Assembly (NCBI GenBank): GCA_017380635.1
Contig: JAFODP010000015.1
Coordinates: 6,155-70,154 of the forward strand
Reading direction: 5' to 3'
DNA from: Bacteroidales bacterium
GTDB taxonomy: Bacteria; Bacteroidota; Bacteroidia; Bacteroidales; UBA1402
Length of the DNA stretch: 64,000 bases
Position 1 is the stretch's first letter. Each line of letters opens with the position of its first letter. The position numbers and the translations under genes were made by a program. Of the stretch, positions 51,473 to 62,550 are shown in pieces. Under the pieces are notes generated by a model. It had not been told where the DNA came from. It ran no database searches and was given only the letters and a program-made list of their open reading frames with translations.

Positions 51473-52180
51473 ATGACGATAATTGATACAGATTGGGGAT
51501 TGATTTCTTACCAGGAAGCCTGGGATAAACAAAAAAGTCTTTTTCAAGAACGTTTGACGGCCAAAGCACAGGGCAACAATCATTTGCCCGATGTCTTGGT
51601 GTCGTGCGAACATCATCCGGTGCTCACTTTGGGCAAGAGCGGACAAATAGACAATCTGCTGGTTTCGGAACAAATCTTGCGTCAGCGCGGGGTGGAATTC
51701 TTTCAGATTGAGCGTGGTGGCGACATTACCTATCATGGACCCGGTCAGTTGGTGATGTATCCCATTTTCGATTTGCAACATTTTTGCTCGACAGAGGCTG
51801 AGGCCGGCAGCAGAAGAGGCATCGGTCTGAAGGAATATATCTGGCGTCTGGAAGAAGCGGTGATTCTGTTTTTGAAAGATTTCGGCATCGAGGCAGAACG
51901 ATTGGATGGTGCCACCGGCGTTTGGTTGGATGCACATAGTCCGCGCGCACGTAAAATCTGCGCCATCGGCGTGAAAGCCAGTCGTTTTGTTACCATGCAT
52001 GGTTTGGCCTTCAATATCAATACCGATTTGTCGTATTTTCGTCTGATTAATCCTTGCGGATTTGTGGATAAGGGAGTTACATCCTTGCAGCAGGAATTGG
52101 GCGGACAAGTACAAGATATGGCCGCTTGTCAAGCGCGTTTACGCGAAAAATTTCATCAATTATTTCCAATCAATGGCTGA
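51473..52180 (+). CDS. lipB: Lipoyl(octanoyl) transferase
   Basis: ERGGDITYHGPGQLVMYPI and KICAIGVKASRFVTMHGLAFNI are LipB motifs. I placed the start at MTIIDTDWGLISYQEAW. Confidence 0.9.
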   Translation: MTIIDTDWGLISYQEAWDKQKSLFQERLTAKAQGNNHLPDVLVSCEHHPVLTLGKSGQIDNLLVSEQILRQRGVEFFQIERGGDITYHGPGQLVMYPIFDLQHFCSTEAEAGSRRGIGLKEYIWRLEEAVILFLKDFGIEAERLDGATGVWLDAHSPRARKICAIGVKASRFVTMHGLAFNINTDLSYFRLINPCGFVDKGVTSLQQELGGQVQDMAACQARLREKFHQLFPING

Positions 52181-52825
52181 AAGTCCGTGCTGCACTAAAT
52201 ACTGATTGGCTTGGCTGAACTGATGATTGCCGAAAAATCCACGATAAGCCGATAGTGGCGAAGGATGCACCGACTTCAATACCAAATGTTTAGAGGCGTC
52301 GATAACGGCGCCTTTGCGTTGTGCGTAACTGCCCCACAATAAAAACACCAGATGTTCGCGTTCTTTCGAAAGGGCCGCAATGACTGCGTCGGTAAATTGT
52401 TCCCAGCCTTTATTCTGATGCGATCCGGCTTGATGCGCTTGCACACTTAGTGTGGCATTGAGCAATAGCACACCTTGTTTAGCCCAGCGTTCCAAATTGC
52501 CGTGACGCATGGGCGCATAACCCAAGTCGTTTTCAATTTCCTTAAAAATATTCTGCAAAGAGGGCGGCAAGGCGATGCCTTCGGGAACGGAAAAACTCAG
52601 TCCGTGCGCTTGTCCGGGTTCGTGGTAAGGATCTTGTCCGAGTATCACCACTTTCACTTGGTCGAAAGGACAGAGGTCGAAAGCGTTGAAGATGTATTTG
52701 GCCGGAGGATACACCGTCTGCGTGGCATAGGCATTTTTGACAAACGTCACCAGATTGGCAAAATAGGCTTTGTCAAATTCGGGCTGCAAGTGCTGTTTCC
52801 ACGAAGCGTCTATCCTTACGTCCAT
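52160..52825 (-). CDS. ung: Uracil-DNA glycosylase
   Basis: VVILGQDPYHEPGQAHGLSFSV and HPSPLSA are family 1 UDG motifs. Confidence 0.95.
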   Translation of the reverse strand: MDVRIDASWKQHLQPEFDKAYFANLVTFVKNAYATQTVYPPAKYIFNAFDLCPFDQVKVVILGQDPYHEPGQAHGLSFSVPEGIALPPSLQNIFKEIENDLGYAPMRHGNLERWAKQGVLLLNATLSVQAHQAGSHQNKGWEQFTDAVIAALSKEREHLVFLLWGSYAQRKGAVIDASKHLVLKSVHPSPLSAYRGFFGNHQFSQANQYLVQHGLSAIDWK

Positions 52826-52831
52826 AGTTGT

Positions 52832-53872
52832 TTAAATTAAATTGATACCGTGCTGACGGCAAGTCTGTTTCATATCGTCGGGCCAGATGCTGGCTTGGAT
52901 TTCGCCGATGTGCGCTTTGCGCAGCAACAACATACACAGACGCGACTGTCCGATACCGCCACCGATACAAAGCGGCAGTTCGCCGTTCAACAGACGCTGA
53001 TGGAAATACAATTGGCAACGATCCATGCTGTCGCTCAGCTCCAACTGGCGCAGCAATGCTTCCTTATCGACGCGGATACCCATGGACGACAATTCGAAAG
53101 CTTGTCCCAGCACTTGGTTCCAAATCATGATGTCGCCGTTCAAACCTTGTTGGCCGTTTTCGCCGATAGTAGTCCAGTCGTCGTAGTCGGGTGCGCGCAT
53201 GTCGTGCTTGCTGCCATCGGCCAAAGCTCCACCGATACCCATGATGAAGACAGCGCCATATTCACGCGTAATTTCGTTTTCTCTTTCCTTGGGCGACAAA
53301 TGGGGATAACGCTGACGCAATTCTTCCGAATGGATGAAATAAATATCGCGGGGCAAGGACGGCTTGATGCCGAATTGTTCGTACACCACATATTCCGTCT
53401 GACGCAGCACGCCATAAATACGGCGCACCACCGATTGCAGAAAGTCTACGCTGCGGTCTTCCTTTTCGATGACAGCTTCCCAGTCCCATTGGTCTACGTA
53501 AAGCGAATGTAGGTTGTCCAACTCTTCGTCGGGACGGATGGCGTTCATGTCGGTGTAGATACCGTAACCGGCTTCAATCTGGTATTCGGCCAAGGTGAGA
53601 CGTTTCCATTTGGCCAAAGAATGCACAATTTCAGCACGCTGTTCCTGCAAATCCTTAATGGGAAAAGCCACCGGACGTTCCCAGCCGGAAAGGTCGTCGT
53701 TGATACCTTGTCCGCTCAGAACGAAAAGGGGCGCCGTAACACGACGCAAGCGCAATTCCGATGAAAGGCTTTGCTGGAAAAAATCCTTTATTTGCTTGAT
53801 ACCATGCTCGGTTTGTTTCAAATCGAGCGGGCTACGATAATCTTTCGGAAGAATCAATCTGCTCATAATCAA
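52832..53872 (-). CDS. asnA: Aspartate--ammonia ligase (asparagine synthetase A)
   Basis: 346 aa. The sequence LRRVTAPLFV...GINDDLSG.ERPV.F...YVDQWDWE...GGGIGQSRLCMLLL matches AsnA. Confidence 0.93.
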   Translation of the reverse strand: MIMSRLILPKDYRSPLDLKQTEHGIKQIKDFFQQSLSSELRLRRVTAPLFVLSGQGINDDLSGWERPVAFPIKDLQEQRAEIVHSLAKWKRLTLAEYQIEAGYGIYTDMNAIRPDEELDNLHSLYVDQWDWEAVIEKEDRSVDFLQSVVRRIYGVLRQTEYVVYEQFGIKPSLPRDIYFIHSEELRQRYPHLSPKERENEITREYGAVFIMGIGGALADGSKHDMRAPDYDDWTTIGENGQQGLNGDIMIWNQVLGQAFELSSMGIRVDKEALLRQLELSDSMDRCQLYFHQRLLNGELPLCIGGGIGQSRLCMLLLRKAHIGEIQASIWPDDMKQTCRQHGINLI

Positions 53873-53881
53873 TCTGTTTCT

Positions 53882-53956
53882 TGGTATCTCCGTGGGGAGT
53901 CGAACCCCAATCGATGGAACCGGAATCCATTATTCTATCCATTGAACTACGGAGAC
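53882..53956 (-). tRNA. tRNA-Arg (anticodon CCG), CCA encoded
   Basis: The reverse complement is GTCTCCGTAGTTCAATGGATAGAATAATGGATTCCGGTTCCATCGATTGGGGTTCGACTCCCCACGGAGATACCA. It folds as a cloverleaf with anticodon arm ATGGA-TTCCGGT-TCCAT and T arm TGGGG-TTCGACT-CCCCA. Confidence 0.9.
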
Positions 53957-53962
53957 GTTTTT

Positions 53963-55189
53963 TTAATGGCCATAAATATACTTGGCCCAATTCGTTTCGA
54001 AATAAGCTTGGTCGCAACGATCGAAATAAGACGAATGTCCGGGCCGAGGAATGTAAGAACTCAAGCCGTAGCTGTTGTCGAGCGCGCGTGTGCTGTATCC
54101 GTTCAAATTGCTGTACAATTTTTCGCTATGGTCGTGATAAACGACGCACTGTTCGAAACAGCGGGCAAAAGTAGTAAAAATATCAGAGCTTTCCTCTTTC
54201 GTCAATTGTTGGATGTAATGATAAAAGTCGTAATAGAGCGAGTAATAACGATTTTCCAGCGCCTGCACTTTTTTGTGGTCGATAGGTGAGTCTTGACATT
54301 CTTGCATCACATCGCGAGTTGCCTGCGCCAAAGCATCCATTTTAGAGAGATCTATCAAGGAAATGGCGCCGTAAGGATAAGGCGTTCCCTGAAATCTATA
54401 CTGACGATAATACTGCATATATGCCCGACAAACCGCCTCGCCAAGCATGGGAATAGTAAGGTCTTTGTCGAAGAAAACCGACATCAGGTCGGCATAGGGA
54501 TAACCCGCTCCCAAAATTTCGATGGGCGAGGCTACCACATAATCGCAGACATTTCGCAAGTCGTAGAGCGCTTCCACACAAGTGCCGAAACAAGCATCTA
54601 TCATCATCATATCCAAGTCCAATCCTTCGATGGCGCGGGCAATATCCAGGTAGCTGATGCTTTTTCTTCCGTCCATGCCAAAGTTTTTGGTAATCGGCAT
54701 TTCGGGCGCTCCGGCAGCTCTGATGTATGAACTTTCCTTTATTTCGATGTCTTCGGGCAACCAACCTGTGCTATGCGACCAAAGTATCAAGGCATATTCG
54801 TCGGCTGGAGCAGCTTGCATGGCATCTTGCAACACTTCGCGCATGGCATTTTTTTTCAGAGCAGTTGCAAATTGATATTGCTCCAACAATACCGTATCGC
54901 CGCGATAGCCGCCTTTGTCGCTTCTGTATGGCTTTATTTCGTAGAGTTTCTTGCTCTTGGCCGTGTTCATAAAAAGCATCAATCGTCCGTTTTCCATGTT
55001 GACATCGCTGGCATTCACCAAGAGGTCGTTCAAGTTGGTGTGCGCCCATTGCGAGAGATTGTTGTTTGCCTCCATGTATATAATCACCGTGCGATGATTG
55101 TTTTTCTTCTCCCACGGACCATGACAAGCGCTGCCCGTCACTAACAGGCATAGCAAAGCAAGGATGACAACAAACAGACGATGCTTCAT
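53963..55189 (-). CDS. Clostripain-family (C11) cysteine peptidase lipoprotein
   Basis: I set the start at MKHRLFVVILALLCLLVTGSAC. TVIIYMEANNNL, a His region LILWSHSTGW and a Cys region MMIDACFG are present. Its ATG overlaps the upstream TGA (ATGA). Confidence 0.8.
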   Translation of the reverse strand: MKHRLFVVILALLCLLVTGSACHGPWEKKNNHRTVIIYMEANNNLSQWAHTNLNDLLVNASDVNMENGRLMLFMNTAKSKKLYEIKPYRSDKGGYRGDTVLLEQYQFATALKKNAMREVLQDAMQAAPADEYALILWSHSTGWLPEDIEIKESSYIRAAGAPEMPITKNFGMDGRKSISYLDIARAIEGLDLDMMMIDACFGTCVEALYDLRNVCDYVVASPIEILGAGYPYADLMSVFFDKDLTIPMLGEAVCRAYMQYYRQYRFQGTPYPYGAISLIDLSKMDALAQATRDVMQECQDSPIDHKKVQALENRYYSLYYDFYHYIQQLTKEESSDIFTTFARCFEQCVVYHDHSEKLYSNLNGYSTRALDNSYGLSSYIPRPGHSSYFDRCDQAYFETNWAKYIYGH

Positions 55190-55920
55190 AATTGGATGGC
55201 TTTGATGATTTCCGGCCAAGCGGCTTTCAGTTCGCTCATGTTGTGGAAGAGCAAGTTGCAACCGGCGTCCAAGAGTACTTCGTCTTCGAGCAAGCCCGTA
55301 TTCACCGCAATGGTAAAGATGCCTGCGGCGCGTCCGGCCTGTACACCCAAAGGCGCGTTCTCGATAACGATGGCCTCGTTGGCGGCCACTCCGGCTTTTT
55401 TCAATCCCATCAGGTAAGGTTCGGGAAAAGGTTTGCCTTGCTTCACATCGAAGGCGGTCACCATGCTGTTTTCGTTGAAATGTCCGGGAAAAGCCTCGTT
55501 CAGACGATCGAAGAGTTTGGTTTGTCCCGAGCCGGTCACCAAGATTCGTTGCATACCGGCATCGCGAATGCAATCCAACAAGGCGTCCGCGTCTTTCATG
55601 ATGGGCGCAGCCGGCATATTGTCGAACATTTCCGCTTTACGGCCGTAGAGTTCCTTCACTTCTTCGTCGCTGGGATCGCGTTGCAATTCACGACGATAGA
55701 GAATTTCCAAAGTGGCTTTACCCGTACGCCCTTCGTGCATATAGGCTTCTTTTTCTTCGAAAGAAAAACCCAAACTTCTGAAAAGCTTGGTCCAGCAATA
55801 GGCATGATGTGGCATAGAATCAAACAGCACGCCATCCATATCGATCAGCGCTGCTTTAGGCTGGAAGGATGACGATGCTGTTTGTTTTAAATATTGATAT
55901 TTCGCTTGTTCGAACATCAA
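55186..55920 (-). CDS. HAD-superfamily hydrolase (beta-phosphoglucomutase-like subfamily IA)
   Basis: The DxD nucleophile motif ALIDMDGVLFDS is present, with LVTGSG and a later ...ENAPLGVQAGRAAG block. Confidence 0.85.
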   Translation of the reverse strand: MMFEQAKYQYLKQTASSSFQPKAALIDMDGVLFDSMPHHAYCWTKLFRSLGFSFEEKEAYMHEGRTGKATLEILYRRELQRDPSDEEVKELYGRKAEMFDNMPAAPIMKDADALLDCIRDAGMQRILVTGSGQTKLFDRLNEAFPGHFNENSMVTAFDVKQGKPFPEPYLMGLKKAGVAANEAIVIENAPLGVQAGRAAGIFTIAVNTGLLEDEVLLDAGCNLLFHNMSELKAAWPEIIKAIQL

Positions 55921-55923
55921 GTC

Positions 55924-57258
55924 TTAGAGTCTTTTACGGATAGCGGCAGAAGCTTCTTCGTAGCCAGGCTTTTCGAGCAAGGCAAACATATTGCGCTTGT
56001 AATCTTCCACACCGGGTTGGTCGAAAGGATTGATGCCCAGTACATAACCACTGATACCGCAACCTTTTTCGAAGAAATAGAGCAACTGTCCGATATAATA
56101 TTCGTTCAATTCGGGCAATACGATTTTCAAGTTGGGAACACCGCCGTCAACGTGAGCAATCTGAGTACCCAGTTCGGCCATCTTGTTCACCTGATCTACG
56201 CGCTTGCCGGCCAAGAAGTTCAAGCCGTCCAAGTTTTCTTCGTCCTGAGGAATCACTACTGTTTCCTTGGGTTGAGCAATGCTGATTACGGTTTCGAAAA
56301 TGGTACGTTCACCTTGTTGAATCCATTGACCCATAGAGTGCAAGTCGGTAGTCAAATCGACAGAAGCGGGGAAAATACCCACATTTTCTTTACCTTCACT
56401 TTCGCCGTACAATTGCTTCCACCATTCAGAAACAAAGTGAAGCTTAGGATGATAGTTCACCAAGATTTCAATCTTCTTGCCCTGAGCATACAAAGCGTTG
56501 CGGGTAGCAGCATACAAAGCAGCAGGATTTTCTTCGAAAGAAGTAGCGCATTGTTCTTCCATAGCCACAGCACCAGCCACGAATTGCTTAATATCGAAAC
56601 CGGCCACAGCGATGGGCAGCAAACCAACGGGAGTAAGCACAGAATAACGACCACCAACATTGTCGGGAATGACGTAAGTTTTGTAACCTTCCTGAGTTGA
56701 CAAAGTGCGCAAAGCGCCTCTCTTGGCGTCGGTGATGGCCACGATGCGGGTGCGAGCTTCTTCCTTACCAACTTTTTCTTCGAGCAAAGTTTTGAGCAAG
56801 CGGAAAGCCAACGCAGTTTCGGTGGTGGTACCCGATTTAGAAATATTGATGATACCGAAAGATTTGGTTTGCAACAATGCCATCAATTCAGACAAATAAT
56901 CTTCGCTGATGTTATGACCGGCAAACAACACCTTAGGATTACCATCGTTTTGCATCCATGAGAAAGTATTGCTCAGTGCATCGATAACTGCCTTGGCGCC
57001 CAGGTAGCTACCACCGATACCGGCAACAACCACTACTTCGCATTTGCTGCGCAGACTTTCGGCAGTGGCCAATACATCATTGAGGAATTCCTCAGTAATA
57101 GAACTGGGCAAGTTGAGCCAACCTAAAAAGTCGTTGCCCTTGCCGGTGCCTTTGTGCAACATTTCTTGGGCAGATTCACACTTGGCTGCATAGCCGTAAA
57201 TTTCTTCTTTCGGAATGAAACCGAACACTTTTTCGAGTTGAATACTGATTTTTTCCAT
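55924..57258 (-). CDS. pgi: Glucose-6-phosphate isomerase
   Basis: 444 aa short-type PGI. Motifs seen: [40 protein letters not shown]. Confidence 0.95.
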   Translation of the reverse strand: MEKISIQLEKVFGFIPKEEIYGYAAKCESAQEMLHKGTGKGNDFLGWLNLPSSITEEFLNDVLATAESLRSKCEVVVVAGIGGSYLGAKAVIDALSNTFSWMQNDGNPKVLFAGHNISEDYLSELMALLQTKSFGIINISKSGTTTETALAFRLLKTLLEEKVGKEEARTRIVAITDAKRGALRTLSTQEGYKTYVIPDNVGGRYSVLTPVGLLPIAVAGFDIKQFVAGAVAMEEQCATSFEENPAALYAATRNALYAQGKKIEILVNYHPKLHFVSEWWKQLYGESEGKENVGIFPASVDLTTDLHSMGQWIQQGERTIFETVISIAQPKETVVIPQDEENLDGLNFLAGKRVDQVNKMAELGTQIAHVDGGVPNLKIVLPELNEYYIGQLLYFFEKGCGISGYVLGINPFDQPGVEDYKRNMFALLEKPGYEEASAAIRKRL

Positions 57259-57265
57259 AATGATA

Positions 57266-58270
57266 TTAATGTAAATATTGGCTGAGAAGTTTAATTTCTA
57301 TGCTGGGTGAAACCCTTTCGTAAAGAACGTTGTAAACGGCATCCAAAATAGGCATGTGTACGTGATAGAGTTTGTCGTTGATTTCTTTCATACACTTGGT
57401 GCCATAATAACCTTCGGCTACCATTTCCATTTCCACGTGCGCCGTCTTTACCGAATAACCTTTGCCTATCATCGTACCGAAAATACGGTTGCGGCTAAAT
57501 TTCGAATAAGCCGTCACCAACAAGTCGCCGGTATACACCGAGTCGGAGATTTTGCGATTTTCGTCGGGGAAGGCGGTGGTAATGAAGCGTTTCATTTCCT
57601 GAATGGCGTTCGAAACCAACACGGCACGGAAGTTATCACCATATTTCAAGCCGTGGCAAATGCCGGAAGCGATGGCGTAAACATTCTTCAAAGTTGAGCC
57701 GAATTCCACACCGAAAAGGTCGGGCGTGGTGGTGGTATGTACAAAACGACATTCAAAACACTTGGCCAAAGTTTTGGCTTTGTCTTCGTCCTGACAAGCA
57801 AAAGTAAGGAACGACATGCGTTCGTAAGCAACTTCCTCTGCGTGACAAGGTCCCGAAATGGTGGCGATATTTTCGTAAGGTACCTGATAGAATTCGTGCA
57901 GATAATCAGAAATCAGCATGTTTTCGTCGGGAACGATACCTTTGGTGGCAATCAGGATGGTCTTTTTCGAGATATCCTGACGCATTCGCTTGATTTGCAA
58001 TTTCAGATAAGGCGAAGGAATGGCAATAACCAAGGTATCCGATTGCGCAACGGCTTGGTTGATGTTGCTGTAAAAACGAATACGAGTGGTGTCCAATTCC
58101 ACCAGACTAAGGTATTTGGGATTGTGGCCGCTTTGTTTGAACTGACGGATGTCAGCCGGATTGCGCAGAAACCAATTGATTTGCTGCTTGCCGTCCATCA
58201 ACAACATCTTGGCGATTGCTGTGGCCCAGCTGCCACCACCCAGAATTCCTATTTTACCAAGTTCTGCCAT
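57266..58270 (-). CDS. gpsA: NAD(P)H-dependent glycerol-3-phosphate dehydrogenase
   Basis: The Rossmann motif [14 protein letters not shown] is present, with ..[10 protein letters not shown] and LKNVYAI. Confidence 0.95.
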   Translation of the reverse strand: MAELGKIGILGGGSWATAIAKMLLMDGKQQINWFLRNPADIRQFKQSGHNPKYLSLVELDTTRIRFYSNINQAVAQSDTLVIAIPSPYLKLQIKRMRQDISKKTILIATKGIVPDENMLISDYLHEFYQVPYENIATISGPCHAEEVAYERMSFLTFACQDEDKAKTLAKCFECRFVHTTTTPDLFGVEFGSTLKNVYAIASGICHGLKYGDNFRAVLVSNAIQEMKRFITTAFPDENRKISDSVYTGDLLVTAYSKFSRNRIFGTMIGKGYSVKTAHVEMEMVAEGYYGTKCMKEINDKLYHVHMPILDAVYNVLYERVSPSIEIKLLSQYLH

Positions 58271-58275
58271 AAAGA

Positions 58276-59832
58276 TTAAGCTTCGGTTTCAACTTCGCCG
58301 TTTTCCTGTTCGGCGTCTTTCTTCTTTTCGGGACGCATCTGCGGGAAGAGCAACACTTCCTGAATGGTACTTTGGCCGGTGAGCAACATTACCAAACGGT
58401 CCATACCGATACCCATACCGGAAGTAGGAGGCATACCATATTCCAAAGCGCGCAAGAAGTCTTGATCGATATACATGGCTTCGTCGTCGCCTTTTTCGCT
58501 CAGACGCAATTGTTCTTCGAAGCGTTCTCTTTGGTCGATGGGGTCGTTCAATTCGCTGTAAGCATTGGCCAATTCCTTGCCGTTCACGAACAATTCGAAA
58601 CGTTCGGTAAGGTTGGGATTATCGCGATGCTTCTTGGTAAGCGGCGACATTTCAATGGGATAATCGGTGATGAAAGTAGGCTGGATAAGTTTGCCTTCGC
58701 AAGTTTCACCAAAGATTTCATCGATGAGTTTACCTTTACCCATGGTGGCATCCTGTTCAACGTGCAGTTTTTTGCAAACTTCGCGCAAATCGTCTTCGCT
58801 CATGCCGGTGATATCGACGCCGGTGCTTTCCTTGATGGCTTCGGTCATGGTCAGACGACGGAAAGGAGCCTTGAACGAAATAACATTGTCGCCGTTTTTC
58901 ACGTCGGTGGTACCCAACACTTCGGTACAGATACGTTCCAACATCTGTTCGGTAAATTGCATCATCCATTCGTAATCCTTGTAAGAAACATAGATTTCCA
59001 TACAAGTGAATTCGGGATTGTGCGTGCGGTCCATACCTTCGTTACGGAAGTTGCGCGAGAATTCGTATACACCTTCGAAACCGCCCACGATAAGACGTTT
59101 CAGATACAATTCGTTGGCAATACGCAAATAAAGAGGAATATCCAAAGCATTATGATGCGTGATGAAAGGACGAGCCGATGCACCACCGGGAATCGATTGC
59201 AATACAGGCGTATCCACTTCCAGATAACCATGCTCGTTGAAGAACTGACGCATGCTGTTGAAGATTTTGGTACGCTTGATGAAAATGTCTTTCACGCCTT
59301 CGTTCACCACCAGGTCGACATAACGCTGACGATAACGCAATTCGGGATCGCTGAAAGCATCGTACACCACGCCGTCTTTCATTTTGACGATGGGCAGCGG
59401 ACGCAAAGTCTTGGCAAGTACGGTGAGTTCTTGTGCGTGTACAGAAATTTCGCCGGTCTGGGTGCGGAAAACATAACCCTTGATGCCGACGAAGTCGCCG
59501 ATGTCGAGCAATTTCTTGAACACGACATTGTACATATCCTTGTTTTCATCGGGACAGATTTCGTCGCGGCTGATGTAAATCTGGATGCGGCCCTTGGAGT
59601 CTTTCAATTCCATGAAAGAAGCCTTACCCATGATACGGCGCGACATGATACGTCCGGCTACACACACCTGACGCTTGGGTTCCAAATCGTCCTGGAAATT
59701 TTCTTTGATTTCGGTGGAAAAAGCATTGGTAGGATAGAGGGCTGCGGGATAAGGTTCAATGCCCATATCACGCAAAGTCTGCATACTCTGACGACGTCCC
59801 AATTCCTGTTCGCTCAATTCTATTTGACTCAT
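58276..59832 (-). CDS. lysS: Lysine--tRNA ligase (class II)
   Basis: OB-fold anticodon-binding N-domain and class II motifs (FRNEG.D.THNPEFT; [13 protein letters not shown]). I placed the start at [19 protein letters not shown] at 59832. Confidence 0.95.
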   Translation of the reverse strand: MSQIELSEQELGRRQSMQTLRDMGIEPYPAALYPTNAFSTEIKENFQDDLEPKRQVCVAGRIMSRRIMGKASFMELKDSKGRIQIYISRDEICPDENKDMYNVVFKKLLDIGDFVGIKGYVFRTQTGEISVHAQELTVLAKTLRPLPIVKMKDGVVYDAFSDPELRYRQRYVDLVVNEGVKDIFIKRTKIFNSMRQFFNEHGYLEVDTPVLQSIPGGASARPFITHHNALDIPLYLRIANELYLKRLIVGGFEGVYEFSRNFRNEGMDRTHNPEFTCMEIYVSYKDYEWMMQFTEQMLERICTEVLGTTDVKNGDNVISFKAPFRRLTMTEAIKESTGVDITGMSEDDLREVCKKLHVEQDATMGKGKLIDEIFGETCEGKLIQPTFITDYPIEMSPLTKKHRDNPNLTERFELFVNGKELANAYSELNDPIDQRERFEEQLRLSEKGDDEAMYIDQDFLRALEYGMPPTSGMGIGMDRLVMLLTGQSTIQEVLLFPQMRPEKKKDAEQENGEVETEA

Positions 59833-59846
59833 AATGATAATGTTTC

Positions 59847-61223
59847 TTAGTTGATAGCAGATTGCAGGTAGGCCAGAAGCTCTTCCTTGGCGAGAACGCA
59901 TTGTTCGCCGCTCTGCATATTCTTGATGTTGATTTTACCTTCGTTCATTTCGTTTTCTCCGGCGATGGCTACGAAAGCGATTTTGCGGTCGTCGGCATAA
60001 GAAAACTGCTTTTTCAGCTTGGCAGCATCGGGATAAAGTTCGGCGCGGATGCCTGCGGCTCTGAGCTGGGCCAAAATGGGCAGACAATAAGCACATTCCT
60101 TTTCGCCAAAATTGGCCACCAACACTTGTGTACGCTTAAGCGAAGCTTCGGGATAAAGATCGAGTTGGTTCAAGACGTCGAAAATACGATCGGCGCCGAA
60201 AGAAATACCCACGCCCGAAACGCCCGGCATACCGAAAACGCCCGTCAAGTTGTCGTAACGACCGCCACCGGTGATGCTTCCCATTGCCACATCGAGCGCT
60301 TTCACTTCGATGATGCAACCGGTGTAATAATTCAATCCTCGAGCCAAGGCTAAATCCAGTTCGAGTTCGGCTTGCAAAGGCATCATATCGATGATACTCA
60401 ATACATAAGACAATTCCTCGATGCCTTTCAGGCCGGTTTCGCTGGCCGCCAAGATCTGTTTCAAGGCTTCCAACTTTTCCTGGTTGCTTCCCTGCAAAAG
60501 CAGAATCGGTTGCAATTTGTCGATGGCTTCCTGTGCGATGCCGTTGTCGGCCAGTTCTTTATTGACGTTTTCCAAACCGATTTTTTCCAACTTGTCGATG
60601 GCAACGGTGATTTCGGTGAGGTGCTGTTCTTCGCCTAAAATTTCAGCAATACCGCTCAGAATCTTGCGGTTGTTCAGCTTGATGCAAATACGGATGCCGA
60701 AACGACGGAACACTTCATCGATAATCTGCAGCAATTCCACTTCGTTCATCAAAGAGTCGCTGCCCACCACGTCGGCGTCACACTGGTAGAATTCGCGATA
60801 ACGGCCTTTCTGCGGACGGTCGGCTCTCCAAACGGGTTGAATCTGATAACGTTTGAAGGGGAAAGTGATATCGTTGCGATGCATCACCACATAGCGGGCA
60901 AAAGGAACGGTCAGGTCGTAACGCAAACCCTTCTCGCACAATTGCTTGGTGAGAAGGTTGCTCTGACGCGACAACAAATCTTCGTCGCTGCTATGCGAAA
61001 GAAAATCGCCGGAATTAAGAATCTTGAACAATAATTTGTCGCCTTCGTCACCATACTTACCCATCAAAGTGGAAAGTTGTTCCATGGCCGGAGTCTCGAT
61101 GCTTTGAAAGCCGTAGAGTTCGTACACAGAACGGATGGTGTCGAAAATATAGTTGCGCTTCGACATTTCCTCCGGAGAGAAATCGCGCGTGCCCTTTGGT
61201 ATGCTAGGTTTCTGTGCCGCCAT
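59847..61223 (-). CDS. hisS: Histidine--tRNA ligase
   Basis: [33 protein letters not shown] and GGGRYDNL are HisRS motifs. Confidence 0.95.
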   Translation of the reverse strand: MAAQKPSIPKGTRDFSPEEMSKRNYIFDTIRSVYELYGFQSIETPAMEQLSTLMGKYGDEGDKLLFKILNSGDFLSHSSDEDLLSRQSNLLTKQLCEKGLRYDLTVPFARYVVMHRNDITFPFKRYQIQPVWRADRPQKGRYREFYQCDADVVGSDSLMNEVELLQIIDEVFRRFGIRICIKLNNRKILSGIAEILGEEQHLTEITVAIDKLEKIGLENVNKELADNGIAQEAIDKLQPILLLQGSNQEKLEALKQILAASETGLKGIEELSYVLSIIDMMPLQAELELDLALARGLNYYTGCIIEVKALDVAMGSITGGGRYDNLTGVFGMPGVSGVGISFGADRIFDVLNQLDLYPEASLKRTQVLVANFGEKECAYCLPILAQLRAAGIRAELYPDAAKLKKQFSYADDRKIAFVAIAGENEMNEGKINIKNMQSGEQCVLAKEELLAYLQSAIN

Positions 61224-61225
61224 GA

Positions 61226-62497
61226 TTATCTTTCGATGGTTTGTTCACGGTCGGGACCTACAGAAACGATGCTGATGTTCACACCCAGTTCGGCTTCGAG
61301 GAAACTCAGATATTGATTGAATTCTTCGGGGAATTCGTCTTCCGATTTCATATGGCTCATAGGAGTGTTCCAACCGGGAAGTTCGGCATAAACAGGTTCT
61401 ACTTCCACGCTGTCGATATCGAAGGGGAAATCTTCCACTTCTTCGCCGTTAATCTTGTAAGCCACGCAAGCCTTGATACATTCGAAATCGTCGAGTACGT
61501 CGCTCTTCATCATGATAAGATCGGTGACGCCATTAATCATGACAGCATAACGCAAAGCTACCAAGTCGATCCAACCACAACGACGGGGACGTCCGGTAAC
61601 AGAACCATATTCATGACCGTTGTCGCGCATCTTTTGGCCCACTTCGTCGAAAAGTTCGGTGGGGAAAGGACCGCTACCAACGCGGGTGCAATAAGCTTTG
61701 AAAATACCGTAAACCTTACCAATGCGTTGAGGAGCTACGCCCAAACCGGTGCAAGCGCCTGCGCAAATGGTGTTGGAAGAGGTAACGAAAGGATAAGAAC
61801 CGAAATCGATGTCGAGCATGGTGCCTTGAGCGCCTTCGCACAATACCTTACGGCCTTCCTTGATATGTTTGTTGATATAATGTTCGCTGTCGATAAATTC
61901 GAAAGTCTTCATGCAAGCCACGCCTTCCATCCATTCGGCTTCTGCTTGAGCCAAAGCGGCTTGGTCTACTTCATAACCCATCTGGGCCAGCATTTGCAGA
62001 TGACGTTCTTTGCGAGCTTGGTATTTTTCTTCGAAATTGAGTTGGATATCGCCTACGCGCAAACCATTACGGCTGATCTTGTCGGTGTAGGTGGGGCCGA
62101 TACCCTTGCCGGTGGTACCGATTTTACCGGCGCCTTTGGCGGCTTCGTTGGCAGCATCCAACAAACGATGAGTAGGCATAATCAAGTGAGCCTTCTTCGA
62201 AATTTTCAGACGTTCGGTGAGCGGGTGTCCGCTGGCAGCCAACTGATCTACTTCTACTTTGAACAAAGCGGGATCCAGCACTACGCCGTTTCCGATAATG
62301 TTCACTTTATTGCCCTGGAAAATTCCCGAAGGGATAGAGCGCAATACATATTTCTTGCCTTCAAATTCCAAAGTGTGTCCGGCATTCGGACCGCCTTGAA
62401 ATCGACATACCAATTCATAATTCGGGGTAAGTACGTCTACTACCTTACCTTTACCTTCGTCGCCCCATTGTAGGCCTAATAATACATCAATGTTCAT
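61226..62497 (-). CDS. purA: Adenylosuccinate synthase
   Basis: The P-loop [12 protein letters not shown] is present, with [16 protein letters not shown] and [11 protein letters not shown]-type motifs. I placed the start at [11 protein letters not shown] at 62497. Confidence 0.95.
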   Translation of the reverse strand: MNIDVLLGLQWGDEGKGKVVDVLTPNYELVCRFQGGPNAGHTLEFEGKKYVLRSIPSGIFQGNKVNIIGNGVVLDPALFKVEVDQLAASGHPLTERLKISKKAHLIMPTHRLLDAANEAAKGAGKIGTTGKGIGPTYTDKISRNGLRVGDIQLNFEEKYQARKERHLQMLAQMGYEVDQAALAQAEAEWMEGVACMKTFEFIDSEHYINKHIKEGRKVLCEGAQGTMLDIDFGSYPFVTSSNTICAGACTGLGVAPQRIGKVYGIFKAYCTRVGSGPFPTELFDEVGQKMRDNGHEYGSVTGRPRRCGWIDLVALRYAVMINGVTDLIMMKSDVLDDFECIKACVAYKINGEEVEDFPFDIDSVEVEPVYAELPGWNTPMSHMKSEDEFPEEFNQYLSFLEAELGVNISIVSVGPDREQTIER

Positions 62498-62550
62498 TTT
62501 ATTTTGCGATTGATTTTTAACGGACAAATGTACGTTATTATTTGCAGATT

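Noticed and set aside
55190-55573. N-terminal 128-aa extension of the C11 peptidase ORF (track start 55573)
   Set aside because: It overlaps the well-supported HAD hydrolase gene in another frame and is Arg-rich nonsense. A clean lipoprotein signal peptide starts at the Met at 55189.
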